Shown here one piece after another: positions 49,258 to 63,140 of a DNA stretch of 64,000 bases (positions within the stretch are counted from its first letter, which is position 1; each line of letters begins with the position of its first letter). The position numbers and the translations under genes are program-made. The DNA is from Raja brachyura. Taxonomy: Eukaryota. The notes beneath the pieces were generated by a model. That model was not told the origin of the DNA. It ran no database searches and saw only the letters and a program-made list of their open reading frames with translations. The stretch lies in NCBI GenBank assembly GCA_963514005.1, contig OY740802.1, positions 23,498,001-23,562,000 of the forward strand, in the 5' to 3' direction.

Positions 49258-49914
49258 GGTAGTTTAGGTGGACTGAGCAGAGGTGTTCAGCGAAACGATC
49301 GCCGAGCCTGCGCTTGATCTCGCCGATATATAGGAGTCCACACTTGGAACAGCGGACCCTGTAGATGATGTTGGAGGAGGTGCAAGTGAACCTCTGCCTC
49401 ACCTGAAAAGACTGTCGGGGTCTTCAGACGGAGTCAAGGCGGGAGGTATAGGGACAGGTTTTGCATCTCCTGTAGTTGCAGGGGAAAGTACCTGCCCCAG
49501 CTACACTAGTCCCACCTCCCCGCGTTTGATCCATATCCCTCCAAACCTGTCCTATCCATGTACTTGTCTAACTGTGTATTAAACATTGGGATAGTACCTG
49601 CCTCAGCTACCTCCTCTGGCAGCTTGTTCCATACCCCCGCCACCCTTTGTGTGAAAAAGTTACCCTTCAGATTCCTTCTTCAAGATGATCATTTTTGAAT
49701 GATGTCTATAGCGTGATCTTTCCGCCAGAGTCATTTATCCTTTATGTTTGGCCTATGATCAATCCTTTCTCTTGGGGCATGTGTTCCATATTACTGCAAA
49801 CAATGTTTTTCGTATTAATGTATTTTAAAGGCCAAATATTATTAAACGATCATTTTAATAGGAGAGTGAATGTGAAAAACAAACTTGTGTTTCTAATCTA
49901 TTGTATTCATGAGA

Positions 49915-50780
49915 ACAATATTCTCAATTTATGAAGCACCATTAATGCGGAGAGACATTCCAATGCACTTCACAAAAACACAATCAAAGATTGGCCCTGA
50001 CCCAACACACAAGCTCTATTCAGCTGGGCCTCAAAGGAGGGGAGAGCATTGAAGAGGTTCAGAGAGGTAACACTATAACACTATATTCTGCACTCTGGTA
50101 TTCCTCTCTTCTCTGTTTGTTCTTGTGTGTGGCTTGATGTATACTCATGTATAGTAATATAATTTGCCCGGATAGTTTGTAAACAGGTTTTTTCACTATA
50201 TCATGGTACATGTGACAATAATAAACCAATATCAATAGCAGGAGATTCTGGAATTTACAGATTATGCAGCTGGAGTCATGACTGCTGATGGTGTGACAAA
50301 GCGCATTTGGTGGAGAGAGGGGGATTGTGAAGGTTATACAAGAGCCGACATCATAGAAATTTAGGTTTGTAACAGTAAAATAGACAATAGGAGCAGGAGT
50401 AGGGCATTCGACCCTTCGGGCCAGCACTGCCATTCAATGTGATCATGACTGATCATCCCCAATCAGTACCCCGTTCCTGCCTTCTCCCCATATCCCCTGA
50501 CTCTGCTATCTTTAAGTGCCCTATCTACCTCTCTCTTGAAAGTATCTAAGTAAATAAATTACAGATTACAGGGATGGGCAGAGCCATGGAGGAATCTGAA
50601 TCAAAGAATATAAATGTTGAAATAGGAGCATTATAGGACCACGAGCCACTCAATAATTCAGTATCTAAATATCTTCGAATGAGAAGATTATGTTGACTTT
50701 AGATCATAGGCTAAATGTAACAGATGGTCTAGAAACACACTGATTATAATTTCCAAGAGTTATGTTGATTATGTAGAGTC
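49915..50780 (-). mobile_element. Ancient L2-like LINE 3' remnant, interrupted by Rex-type (~50060-50232) and CR1 (~50375-50550) tails
   Basis: cattccaatgcacttcac-type 3' end and gagccatggaggaatctgaa L2-like motif. Confidence 0.45.
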
Positions 50781-51564
50781 TGTGATCTGGATTCAGTGAG
50801 AGCGCCTGATTATTTGGTGCAATGGAAACTGGAAGGAATGGAAACTAGGTAACATTCAGAGGCCACGTGGGATCAGAGAGGAATTTGTTAAAAAGCAGAC
50901 GTGGAAAGAGAACTGGAATTCAGCACAAATCATTCAAAACAGGTTTGAATTGTTTAAGCAATTGTTCAAATATGAGCTGTGTAACTATCATTGAAGGAAA
51001 ATGTGATGGAACGGTCCCAAGAACACGAGAATGGATCAGACAATGAAACCTTCTGTAACATTATGCTTTTTATTATGTCCCTTTCTCTTCTATGCTCTAC
51101 TCTTCTCTTTATTAATTATCAGTTGCCCACAAATCGCCTGTGTTTCCATCATTCTACCACTTCCAGTACATAACACCATAACAAGGAATAGTAAGTGTGG
51201 TAGCCTCCTTGTGTCATTATTCTTGCAGATGGTTTAAAACTTCCAGTCCAAAGTTTGAAGTTCGAAAGCATTTTTTCTTTCTAAGAGACTTTATAATGAA
51301 TACATAAAACATTCTGGGGGTAAGGTTTAGATTTCCTATTTTAAAATCCTTTGTTCTCCTCCAACAAAGAGGTAATTGAAGTGTGGAGAAAGAGGAAAAA
51401 AAAGATGGAAAGCAAAACATTGCATTGGATTTCATTGGCAATATGTTACAGAGTATACCTAAAATGATTATGAATCAGCTGACTATTCTTGAGGGACCGA
51501 CAGAATGAGGTGAAAGCAATCCTCAATATCTTGTAAGAAATCATTCCAAATAAGAGTTGGAGAA

Positions 51565-52235
51565 TGATTGTCATATAGCATGGAAAAGGCCCGTCAGCCC
51601 AACCTGCCCATGCCGACCATCCCAATCGACACTAGTCCCACCTGCCTGCGTCTGACCCTTATCCCTCTAAACCTTGCTTCTGTTTCTTAACTCCCCTATT
51701 CTGGATAAAATATTCTGTGCATTCACCCAATCTATTCCCCTCATGATCTTATACACCTCCATAAGATCACCGCTCATTGTCCTGCCGTCCAAGAAATAGA
51801 GTCCCAGCCTGCCAATCTCTCCCAATATTTCAGGCCCTCAAGTCCTGGCAACATCCTCATAAATCTTCTCTGCACCTTCCCAGTTTAACAATATCCTTCC
51901 TATAGCAAAGTGATCAAAACTCCTCATCTCAACATCTACATTCAATATCCTGACTGATGAAGGCCAAAGTTCTATCAACCTGAGATGCCATTTTCAGGGA
52001 ACTATGTACCTGCACTCTTAGATCCTGCTGCTCTACACCACTCCCCAGGGTCCTTACCATTCACAGTGAATGTCTTGCTCTGCTTTGACTTCTCAAGATG
52101 CAACACCTCGCATTTATCTGCGCTCATTTCCATTAACCATTCCTCAGCCGACTTGCACATCTGATCAAGATCCTGATGTAATTTTTGATAATTATCTTTG
52201 CTACCTACTATACCTCCCACTTTGGTATCAATTTG
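51565..52235 (-). mobile_element. CR1 3' fragment
   Basis: DTKVGGIV.S...YQKL.QDLDQ...A.EWLME...DKCEVLH. Confidence 0.8.
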
Positions 52236-52238
52236 ATA

Positions 52239-52280
52239 TTCTTCTTCATCTTCTTCTTCTTCTTCTTCTTCTTCTTCTTC
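52239..52280. repeat. (TTC)n microsatellite
   Basis: About 14 TTC units with one interruption. Confidence 0.95.
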
Positions 52281-53755
52281 CATTCATTCATTAGTGCTTG
52301 CAATAATAATAAATCATGGTTCTCATCAAGGAGCATGAACATATTGAATGTATTCCTGATACTTATACACAGTGCCCAATCTTTCTATCCTAAAATCTAG
52401 CTATCTCTTGTCCCCAATTTCTACTTCTGTGTGGTGTTCCCAGAATACAGGAGATTAACTTTTCTTTGTTTCCTTTGAATTGAGATTTTCTATTGTTGGG
52501 TGGCCGAATTCTGTGTCATTTTTGTTTTTAATTTTGAACAATTTCTTTCACACTGATGTTCATGTTGGGGAGCTTTTAGTGGATAGTGACAGGCAAACTT
52601 TACCACATCAATAAGCAAGAGGATTTAATTTCATACCCAGATGGCTGTGAAGAGAATATACAATTTATTTGGGTATTTTCAGATCTTCCCTGACTGGATA
52701 GCACTTGAGGCACTGGAATTCTCATTAACCCCAGCAACAAAAATTGGGATGTAAGTTTATTTTAAGGAGGTTTTGTACCTAACCTTTTTTACTGGAGGAA
52801 CCTAGTGGGTCAGGCAGCATTTGTGAAGGGAATGGACAGACAATATTTTGTGTCGTAACCCTTCTGAAGACTGAAAGATGATGGGGGGAGAAAGTTGGAG
52901 AGGAGGCGGGGGTAGGAAAAACCTGGCCAGTGATTGGTGGATGTGGGAGGGGGGGCTGTGATTGCTGATGCGTTGAGTATGTGAAAAGGTGATAAATGGG
53001 TGTCAGATAAGGAGAGAAATGAAAATGTGAAATGTGAAGCCAGAGGGAGGGATATGGGTGGAAGGGGACGGGGGAACGGGGAAGAGAGGGTATAAAAGGG
53101 AAATGTGTGACTCAGGGTTGAGAGATGAGTGTATGAAGGAGGAGAGAAGAGTATGGTAACTGCGGGAGTAGGATTCTGTATCCTAATATGCAGAAGCTAC
53201 TATTTGTCAAATAGCCCCAAAAAAAGCCTACAATTTTTTTAATCTGCATGTGGTTCCAATTTCAAATCCTAATCAAGTGCCCCAGAAATATGTGCAGGAA
53301 TTGATGGTGGGACAAAGCGCCTGTTTCCGCGCTGTATCTCTAAACCGAACTAAACTTTTAGTTATTCCCTGAAACTTTACCCGTCTCTTTCAACCAATAT
53401 CACCACCATTTCTATTATTTATGCATATATCTCTGATATTTAATCTAAACTAAATTTGAATTGCCTGCTGAGTATTTGCAGCATTTTCTGTTTTTGTTCC
53501 AAAATGATGTCTTATCCTGACCCAAAACATAAAAGGATATCCGTAATACCTGCATCCAAGAAGAGCAAAGTGACATGCCTCAATGAATACTAATCAGTGG
53601 CACTCATGCTGCACTGATGAAATTTGAGTGGCTGTTGGCACTCATCAACTCCTGCTTAGTAAAGTCAGATTCACTACAATAAGCGAGTTCGGTATTTCGA
53701 TAAACGCAAGGAATCATGGGATTTGTCAAAGGTCATTTGGGATAAAGAAATAAGA

Positions 53756-54137
53756 ACATTCTTGCTATTGAGGGAGTGCAGCGTAGGTTTACAAGGTTAA
53801 TCCCGGGATGGAGGGACTGTCATATGCTGAGAGAATGGAGCGGCTGGGCTTGTATACTCTGGAATTTAGAAGGATGAGAGGATATCTTATTGAAACATAT
53901 AAGATTATTAAAGGTTTGGACGCACTAGAGGCAGGAAACAGGTTCCTGATGTTGGGGGAATCCAGAACCAGGGGCCACAGTTTAAGAATAAGGGGCAAGC
54001 CATTTAGAACGGAGATGAGGAAACACTTTTTCACATTGAGAGTTGTGAGTCTGTGGAATTCTCTGCCTCAGAGGGCCGGTTCCCTGGATACTTTCAAGAG
54101 GGAGCTAGATAGGGCTCTTAAAGATAGCGGAGTCAGT
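53756..54137 (+). mobile_element. CR1 ORF2 C-terminal fragment
   Basis: EGVQRRFTRLIPGMEGLSYAERMERLGLYTLEFRRMRG...RTRGHSLRIRG. Confidence 0.9.
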
Positions 54138-54570
54138 GGACTCTGAATGTAGTTCAGTGCTTATTTGAGGTTGCAGTTTTTAATAACCAAATGGCTGTAG
54201 GGAAGAAGCTGTTCCTGAGCCTGGACGTTACCGTTTTCAGTTACAATTCACAATACAATTGGTTCATCGACTCACTCATTAGCAGACCACCGTCAGCTGT
54301 GTGCTCAGTCCCCTGCTCTACTCTCTCTATGCTACACTGTAGCTGCACACAGCTCCAGTTGCATCTTCAAATTCACCAATGATATCACCGTTGTTGAATT
54401 AATAATGGGTAAGGATGAGTAAGAGTACAGGCAGGAGATTGGTAATCAAATTAAATAGTGCAGGAACAACTACCATGCTCTCAACTTGATTGCTGATTGC
54501 TGACTTCAGACAGGGAAAACTGAGGATCCCTGAACCTTTTCTCATCAACAAGACAGTGGTGGAGAAAGTC

Positions 54571-54878
54571 AATAGCTCAGTGGCGCAGCTGGTAGAGTTG
54601 CTGCCTCACCACACCAAAGACCCGGGTTTGATTCTTGGGTGCTGTTTGTGTGGAGTTTGAATGTTCTCTCTGTGACCACATGGATTTCCTCCAGTTGCTC
54701 CAGATTCCTCCCATATCCCAAATACGTGGGTTTGTAAGTTAATTGGCTTCTGTAAATTGTTCCTAGCGTGTAAGGAGTAGATGAGATAGTAGAATAACAC
54801 AGAGCTAGTGTGAATGAGTGATCAATGGTCTGCATGGATTTGGTGTGGTGAAGGGCTTGTTTCCTTACTAAACTAAAT
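54571..54878 (+). mobile_element. HE1/V-type SINE
   Basis: tggcgcagctggtag A box and V-domain. Confidence 0.8.
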
Positions 54879-55004
54879 AGCTACAGGTTCTTGGGCATGC
54901 ACTTCTTTGAAAATCTGTTCTGTGTCCAGCACATTGATGCAATGACAAAGAAAGCACATCAGCAACTCTACTTCCTTAGAGGTTATCTGTCACTGAATAA
55001 TCTA

Positions 55005-55310
55005 GTTTAAGTTTAAAGGTAAAGCATGGAAACCAGTCCATACTGATCATTCATCACCCGTTCATACTAGTTTTATATTATTCCACTTTCTCATCTACTC
55101 CCTGCATATTGGGGGTAATTTACAGAGGCCAATTAACCTACAAACTTGTACATCTTTTTGATGTGGTAGGGAACTGGAACACCTGGAAGAAACTCACGAA
55201 GTCAAAGGACGAACGTACAAACTCCACACAGACAGCACTTGAGGTCAGGATCGAACCCATGTCTTTGGCGTGTTAGACAGCAGCTCTACCAGCTGTGCCA
55301 TTGTGCCACC
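55005..55310 (-). mobile_element. HE1/V-type SINE
   Basis: Reverse-complement B box ggatcgaaccc. Confidence 0.8.
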
Positions 55311-55614
55311 TGATTACACTATTGCAAAAGTGGAATAGAGAGCATACCTACGGGCTGCATCATGTTCTGGTTCAGTAACTCGAATGCCCAAGAATGAAGA
55401 AAACTGCAGAAAGGGGTATACATTGCCTGGTCCATCACAGGTGGTGAATCCCCACCACTGAATGGTTCTACAGGATGCGCTACGTCAAAAAGGCAGCTAA
55501 GATCATCAAAGGTCCACATCACCCTGGGCACACTGCTGCCATCAGAGAGAAGCCTGAGAACTGTGACCTCCAGGTTCTAGAATTGCTTCTTCCCAGTAAC
55601 ATCACGCTCTTGAA

Positions 55615-56122
55615 TAAATGAATGAATGAATGAGTAAGTTTATTGGCCAAGTATTCCAATACAAGGAATTTGCCTTGGTGCTCCGCCTGCAAGTGACTAC
55701 GACATACAGTGACAGTTAGGAATGGCACATAAAACATTAAACATTAATCATAAAACATTATTGATTGAACATGTGAATTAAATTAAATACCAGAGCAAAA
55801 GGAGGCTACAGATTTTTGGTTATTGAGTAGAGCTACTACTTGTGGAAAAAAGCTGTTTTTATGTCTGGCTGTGGCAGCTTTGACAGTCCGGAATCGCCTC
55901 CCAGAGGGAAATGATTCAAAGAGTTTGTGGCCAGGGTGAGAGGGTTCAGAGATGATCTTGCCCGCTCGCTTCCTGGCCCTTGCATTGTACAGTTCATCAA
56001 TGGAGGGAAGGTTGCAGCCAATAATCTTCTCAGCTGATCGGACGATTCGCTGCAGCCTCCAGGTGTCGTGCTTGGTGGCTGAACCAAACCAGACCATGAT
56101 GGAGAAGGTGAGGACAGACTCT
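55615..56122 (-). mobile_element. Rex1/Babar-type LINE 3' end
   Basis: MVWFGSATKHD...PSHPGHKLFESFPSGRRFR...SFFPQ; closely similar to 9117-9610. Confidence 0.85.
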
Positions 56123-56829
56123 ACTGAACCACACTACACAATCCATACCATAATTCTACCTCAGCAAAATCTACAATGAACTGTGTTTTTGGTTGCACCA
56201 TGTACTTTGGTTTGGCACTATCATGTAGACAGAGCAGTCATTTATAGATGTGATTTATTGTGTTATTAATTATTGTATATTTCTTATTGCATTAATGGGC
56301 ATGAAAAGCTGCAGCACGTAAGTATTTCATTGTCCATTCCCGGTTCATGTGACAATTAAACATGCTTGACTCTTGAGGAGGAATCGTTGCTACAGTAACA
56401 TGGTACCCGCGGCATAAGTCTAAATATTTCACAATTAGATCAAACTGTTCCACCTGAGCAATTGTCCTGGCATTTATCTCAGACATCAGGACTAAATTTC
56501 TGCCCTAAAGTGATTGGAATGAGACATGCATTTGGCAAACTGTTGACTCACAGGCAAGAGTGCACATATGGTTATATATTACCCATGAAGTCCCACACAA
56601 TATCAAACTTTTTCATAAATACAGCTTCACAATTCATGGTCTGCCATAGTCAAGAAATGTGAGTTAATCCCTCTGGTTGCTTTTTGAATAGTGCACAAGA
56701 AAATGAGATCAAAATTTAGCAACCAGGCTACATAATCACCACATCAAAATGAACTCAAATTACATCAATAAAATAATGCTCTTTCTACATTGTGTTTATT
56801 CCTATGGACATTATTGTACAAAGTATATT

Positions 56830-58243
56830 TAAGAGTCATAGAGTCATACAGCACGGAACCAGACCCTTTGGCCCACTCGTTCCGGATGCTCCTTCTAAAT
56901 GAGCCCCATTTACCTGAGTTTGGTTCACATCCCTCTAAACCTTTCCGATCCATGGACCTGTCCAAATGTCTTTTAAATGTAGTTATTGTACCTGTTTCAA
57001 CTATTTCCTCGGTCAGCTTGTTTCTTTTACCCACCACCCACACACTAGAAATGTTTCCCTTGGGTTATTATTAAATCTTTCCCCTCTCACCTCAAACCTA
57101 TCTCATCTCTTTTATTATTCCTCTACCCTGGGTAAAAGACTCTGTGCATTCACACTATCTATTCCTCTCATGATTTTATACACCTCTATAAGATCACCAC
57201 TTCACGGAATAAAGTCCCAGCCTCCCAAACCTCTCCTTATAGTTCAGCTCTTCTTGTCCGAGCAACATGCTCATAAATATAAGATAGACACAAAAAGCTG
57301 GAGTAACACAGCGGGACAGGCAGCATCTCTGGAGAGAAGGAATGGGTGACATTTCGGGTCGAGACCCTTCTTCAGACCCGACCCGAATATAGATAAATGT
57401 GAGATTATCCACTTTGGTGGCAAAAACAAGGGGGCAGATTATTATCTCAATGGGGTTAGGTTAGTTATGGGGGAGGTGCAGCGAGACCTGGGCGTCCTTG
57501 TACACCAGTCACTGAAAGTTGGCTTACAGGTACAGCAGGCAGTGAAGAAAGCTAATGGAATATTGGCCTTCATAACAAGAGTATAGGAGTAAAGAGGAGT
57601 ATAGGCATTTCAGTATAGGAGTAAAGAGGTTCTTCTGCAGTTGTATGGGGCTCTGGTGAGACCACATCTGGAGTATTGTGTCCAGTTTTGGTCTCCTAAT
57701 TTGATGAAGGACATCCTTGTGATTGAGGCAGTGCAGCGTAGGTTCACGAGATTTTTAGAATAAAGAGGAGGTCATTTAAGAGTGAGGTGAGAAAAAACTT
57801 TTTCACCCAGAGAGTTGTGAATTTATGGAATTCCCTGCCACAGAGGGCAATGGAGGCCAAGTCACTGGATAGATTTAAGAGATAGAGTAGGGGCTCGTGG
57901 AATCAAGGGATATGGGGAGAAGGCAGGTATGGGTTATTGATAGGGGACATGATCACAATGAATGGCGGTGCTGGCTCAAAGGGCCAAATGGCCTCCTCCT
58001 GCACCTATTTTCTATGTTCTATGTTTATATGACAAAACTTCACCCATTTCTTCATTCCAGCGATGCTGCTTGTACCGCTGAGTTACTCTAGCTTTTTGTG
58101 TCTATCTTCGGTTTAAACCAGCAACTGCAGTTCCTTCTTACATATACTCAGCACTCTTTCCAGCTTAATGATATCCTTCCTATAGCAGAATGACCAAAAC
58201 TAAACACAGTACTCCAAATATGGCTTCACCAGTATCTTGTACT
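56830..58243. mobile_element. Nested block: CR1(-) containing a fold-back Penelope cassette (~57279-58142), which contains CR1(+) (57387-58030)
   Basis: Inverted pLTR arms at ~57279-57377 and ~58035-58142 separated by CR1 sequence (DKCEIIHFG...[15 protein letters not shown]). Confidence 0.8.
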
Positions 58244-58955
58244 TAAAACTATTCCATTCATCCAATCACAATTTATCTGTCAGTTGTGTGTAAACCTCAG
58301 CCCATCTGGCTGGGCTGAACATACTGAAATGTGACCAAATAAACCACTCTTCTTCTGACTGTAATTCGATTGCTTTACCGACCTCCAAACCACCCCCCAC
58401 TGATAGTAATTGTCCACCTCTGTGAATGTGTGATGATTGCATGATTTCTCCCTGATTAGTCAACTTGGCTGCCTTCGTCTTACTGATTGGCCACCCATGT
58501 CATATTTCCACTTGCAGTGTGGCCCCAGGCTGTTAGCGTTTGATGTGAACAGCTTGTCTCAGATGGTGTGGTTTCTCAATCTGCTGTTCTGTTCCAAATT
58601 GTAAATAAATCTTCAAGCAAATTCCAGACTTTTTCAGCTGTGCTTCCTATATCAATTTTCTTTACTATTTAACCATTTGGGAGTTGGGGAAATAATTCCA
58701 CATTATTCACCACTGCACCCATATGGACCGGATGTGGGCAAATGGAATTAGTGTAGCTGGACAAAAGGCTGGGTATGGACATGTTGGGTCGAAGGGCCTG
58801 TTTTCGTGATATCTGATTCTCTGAATCTATCAGAGAAGTTACCATGCACTGTATTCATGGAGAAATTATTCATCAACTATTATTTCAGTAAGGAACGAGT
58901 GGAATCTCAGGCACGGTGATTTATCGGTAACATTATCAAAGATGGGGCATTTTGA

Positions 58956-59277
58956 ACGGCACAATGACGTAGCGGTAAAGCTACTGCCTTACAGCGCCAG
59001 AGACCCAGATTCAATAGTTGCTTGTCTGTACGGAGTTTGTACATTTTCCCCGTGACCCGCGTGGGTTTTCTCTCTGAAATCTTCGGTTTCCTCTCACACT
59101 CCAAAAGAGGTACAGGTTTGTACGTTAAACAAACTTTGGTATAAATGTAAAATTGTCCCTGGTGTGTGTAGGGTAATGTTGGTGTGTGGGGATCTCTGGT
59201 CGGCGCGGACTCAGTGGGCTGAAGGGCCTGTTTCCACACTGTATCTCTAAACTAAACTAAACGTAACAAAACTAAAC
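58956..59277 (+). mobile_element. HE1/V-type SINE
   Basis: V-domain and (aaact)n tail. Confidence 0.85.
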
Positions 59278-59454
59278 ACCGTGTTTTGCCAGCTTTGCTG
59301 CATTCATTAACGCACCTCTGAATAACATGCACATTTTAAGAACAAGAAAGGTAGCCATAACTCTTGATCCTCCTTATGATGAAAACTTTACTTAAGCCCA
59401 GCATGAACACCAATCTTAGCCATCTAAAATAAATATCTGCAAAGACTCCCAACT

Positions 59455-59970
59455 CCTCAAGAACACAGGAATGGGTCCATCCGACCACAATGTTTATGCC
59501 AAACATGATGCTGAGTTAAATTGATTTCATCTGCCTGTACATGATCCACACCCCTTTATTCCCTGCACCTCCATGTGCCTATCTTAAAGCCTCAAAAACT
59601 TCCATCACCAGTCCTGGCAAAGCACTCCAGGCCCCCACTATTCTCTGTGTAAAAAACTTGCCTCATACATCTCTATTAAACTTTCCACCTCTAGCCTTAT
59701 AGCTGTGGCCTCTAGTGTTGGATATTTCTACCCTGGGAAAAAGGTTCTGACTTTGCCTATCTATGCCTCTCATAATTTTATATGCATCTATCAAGTCTCA
59801 CCTCAACCTCTGATGTTCCAAAGAAAATAATTCAACTCTATCCAACCTCACCCTGCAGCTGGAACCTTCTAATACTGACAGCATCTATGATACATCTTAC
59901 AGACCAGTAAACCTCTTCTGCACCCTCTCCAAAGCCTCCACATCCTTCCTGTTATGGGGCAACCAGAACG
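59455..59970 (-). mobile_element. CR1 3' fragment
   Basis: Similar to 42915-43350. Confidence 0.7.
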
Positions 59971-60849
59971 TCAGTGGCAAAAATGGCCCAAAGGATTTGA
60001 TCCTGGGCAACAGGGATGCCTGGTCACTCACACCTGCAATCACACTGGGTAAATGGATATACACAACCACATAAGCACCAGGATTGTGGTGGAAAAATGG
60101 TTTAGATCTTCTAAAATTTTTATTGCAAGATTATCTTGCTTGCAGAACTTTGGGACCACTTTGTATTTCATGCCTAAGAGATATAAATGATATAAATGAT
60201 ACTTCTTGCATATAAAAGTATGAAAGGCATAGATAGTAGGGTCGAAAGGCAGAAACTTTTTCCCAGGATGGGTAAATCACATACTAGGAGGCATAGATTT
60301 AATGTGAGAGGGGCAAAGTTTAAAGGAGATGTGCGGGACAACTTATTTATACAGAGGATGTAAACTGCAAAGTATTGGCATCTACACTAAATTGAGTCCA
60401 GTCCCCTCAGAAACTGAGCAGTCTCACTGTATCAGAGCTTTTCTGTGTGGTCATATAACTGAGTGCTGTTTCAACTACATTTTGGCTAATTTCACAATTC
60501 TTTGTTTATTCAAAACACAATAATGGTTTAGATCATCAAAAAATGATTAGATATAATGAAATCCACTGTCCAGACATACATTTCAACCAAAGCAATGTTT
60601 CTAGGGTAACCACTACAAGACTGGTTCATAAATAACCAAAATTCATTTCAATTCAACTGATTTCCTTCAATTCATTGGGGAAAACAGTGAAACTGCACAA
60701 TTTATGGAAGATGGCTGTTGGCAGTTTTAGTTTTTCCATTTATGTAAATCCCAAAGTAACTGTCAGGTTTACAATAACTGTGAATGCTTATAATTTTGTA
60801 ATTACGAAAATGTCTTGACAATTGAGAAGAAATTAAATTTCTGTTGCAT

Positions 60850-61340
60850 TAAAGAGGTATATTGTAAGTTGGTCTTTGCGTTGTTGCACTCACTTCACTT
60901 TGGTGAGCTCATTCCCCGCAAACTGCCAAAAGCACTTTTATGTTGTTCTGGATGGCTGTGCTGACGCTATCTCAGTGGCTGAGCTGTGCAGTCCCCCAAG
61001 GTACCAGAGAACTACATGTCCAACAGATTCTGACTCACTGCTCCTTCATCACATTCTGGACATCAGTCAAACCTAAAGTTTGGATAGTGTCAAAGTGGAC
61101 TTTGTACCTCTTGAAAATGGCAAGGATTCTCTTTGTGAGGCGGGGAGGCTGCATGGGCTTGGATATTGTTGATTGTGATTTAATGTTTCCATAGAAATAA
61201 CACATCCCAATAACTCCCTTGTGAATGTAAACAATGTGCCACACATCTGCCACAAGTGCTAGTGGGGTGTTACTTGAAATTGAAGAATTCAATGTTCATA
61301 CAAACTCCACAAACAGAGTTTCAGGTGCTATTCTCCCAAT
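60850..61340 (-). mobile_element. Highly degraded RTE-clade LINE RT remnant
   Basis: Minus-strand collinear motifs resembling ADD.AL, TINI.K, E.V...YLG, SAFGSL, TKVK....PTLQY. Confidence 0.45.
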
Positions 61341-62099
61341 CTATCTCACTGTGGCAATGAAGGAGGCCGAGGACAGAGGATCAGTATGGGAACTGGAACC
61401 TCTTTGTCCACCTGCAAAGGCTGTTAGTGTCCCTGGATGGAAGTGAGCGAGCAAGTGTAGGGACAGATGTTACATTGCCTGCCACTGCAACATTGAATTC
61501 TACAATTTCAAGGAGCATCCTCCCTACTTACCCCTTTCCTCTGACCCCCCCCCCCCCGGTACCCACAATCTCCCACCACCCCGTTGCCCTGCTCCTTTTT
61601 CATTGCACTCTTTGTCTTCACTCCTTATCTGACACATTTTTTTCTCCTTTCCCCCTCTAGCCTTTGTCACTGTTTCCACCCATTTACCAATCACCCCTGC
61701 CACCTGTAATCCCTATCACTTGCCAAATTTTGCCTCACCCCACCCTCTCTTTTCTAGCTTGGTCCCCCCCCCCCCCCCGCTACAGATGTTACCTGACCTG
61801 CTGAGTACTCCAGTGCTTTGTTTTTTTGTTTTTGTTTTTTTGTTCAAGTTTCCAGTATGTGCAGTTTCTTTTATATCCACCAAAAGAGATAATCATGGAA
61901 ATATTGAATGCATTACTTTCCAAAATTCAATAGATTATAGAACAGTTCCTCTATACTGGAAATGTAACCCAATTGAAAAAGGAAAAAGAATGCAAGGAAC
62001 TAAAGACTGGTTAGCCTGATCATGGAAAATTGCTATTGTCTGTTAATAAGGTTTTATAATAAAACATGTACAAAATATCAATAGGTTCAGACACAAATT

Positions 62100-63140
62100 A
62101 ACATGAATTTAGCAAAGGGAAATTGTGTTATGCAGTTACTTTGTACGTGGAAGGTTAGGTCTTACAAACATGATGGAGATTTTTGAGGAGGTGACAAAGG
62201 TGATCGAAGAGGCTAGTGCAGTGGATGTTATCTGCATGGCCATTTGATACAGTCCTTCATCGACGGCTGATCCTGAAGATTAAGATGCACGGTATTCACA
62301 GTGACTTGATTGTTTGGATTCAGAATTGGCATATTCGGAGCAGACTGAGTGTTGTGTTGGAATGGTATTATTCTGGCTGGAGATCTGTAACCCGTGGCTT
62401 CTGTAAATTGTAAATAGCCCCTTTGCAATATGAGTATTTTGTTAGGAAAGTTGGAGTATTATTAAATGAGGAGTAATTGGGAAATGTTGAAGTATGAAGG
62501 GACTTGGTTGACCTTATACAGTAGTCACTGATAGCAAACATGGTGGGGCATGCAATAAGCAATGCAAGCAACTGGTAGTTTAGTTTTCATTGCCAGAGGA
62601 GGAGTAATTGTTCAGGGCCCGAGACAACATCTGGAGTATTGTGAGGGGGTCTCATTGAAACAAACAACATTCCGAAGAAGGATCCCGATCCAAAATGTCT
62701 CCTATCCAATTTTTCCATAGATGCTGGCTAATCTGCTGACTTACACCAGCACTTCATGTTTTATTCAATTCAAGAATCTGCAGTCCCTTGTGTCTGACTG
62801 GGCCCAATAAATAGAAGGAGGTGTTGGGGGGGGGGGTCTTTGTTTCTCGTGACTGTAGCATAGAACAAGGGGGTCATGGTCCTATGAAATGGGGTGGGAC
62901 ATTAAGAACTACAATTAAAAATGTCTTCTCTCTGGGAATAGTAATCCTATGGTTTGTCTATTACAAAAGACTGCTGAGATCTATCTGCTGAATATAGTCA
63001 AGAAAATCAATACATCTCTCACACACAAAGGCACTGAGTAGAGTGCATGAGAATGTGGCAATTAGAACAGCAATTAGAACGAGCTACAACAGCATGGCTG
63101 GCTTGAAGGCCAAATGGCCTGTTCCTACTCATATTTTTAA
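62100..63140 (+). mobile_element. Degraded CR1 fragments
   Basis: GRLGLTNMMEIFEEVTKVI...FDTVLHRRLI.KIKMHGI. Confidence 0.7.

Larger units (their letters stand above)
47461..49495 (-). mobile_element. Penelope-like element 3' part (GIY-YIG C-terminus plus pLTR) hosting three nested insertions
   Basis: PVAEHFNSPSHS...KLEEQHLIFCLGSLHP..INIDFSNFK*; flanking duplication cccagcta (47453-47460 / 49496-49503). Confidence 0.88.
54283..56372 (+). mobile_element. Old Rex1/Babar LINE fragmented by two SINEs and a younger Rex copy
   Basis: Collinear pieces: CVLSPLLYSL, FKF..DITVV, KKAHQQLYFLR, IESI.TGCI..WF, then a catgtgacaattaaa tail. Confidence 0.7.

Noticed and set aside
52002-52283. Acidic poly-Glu protein ORF
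   Set aside because: A (TTC)n microsatellite read into a CR1 fragment.
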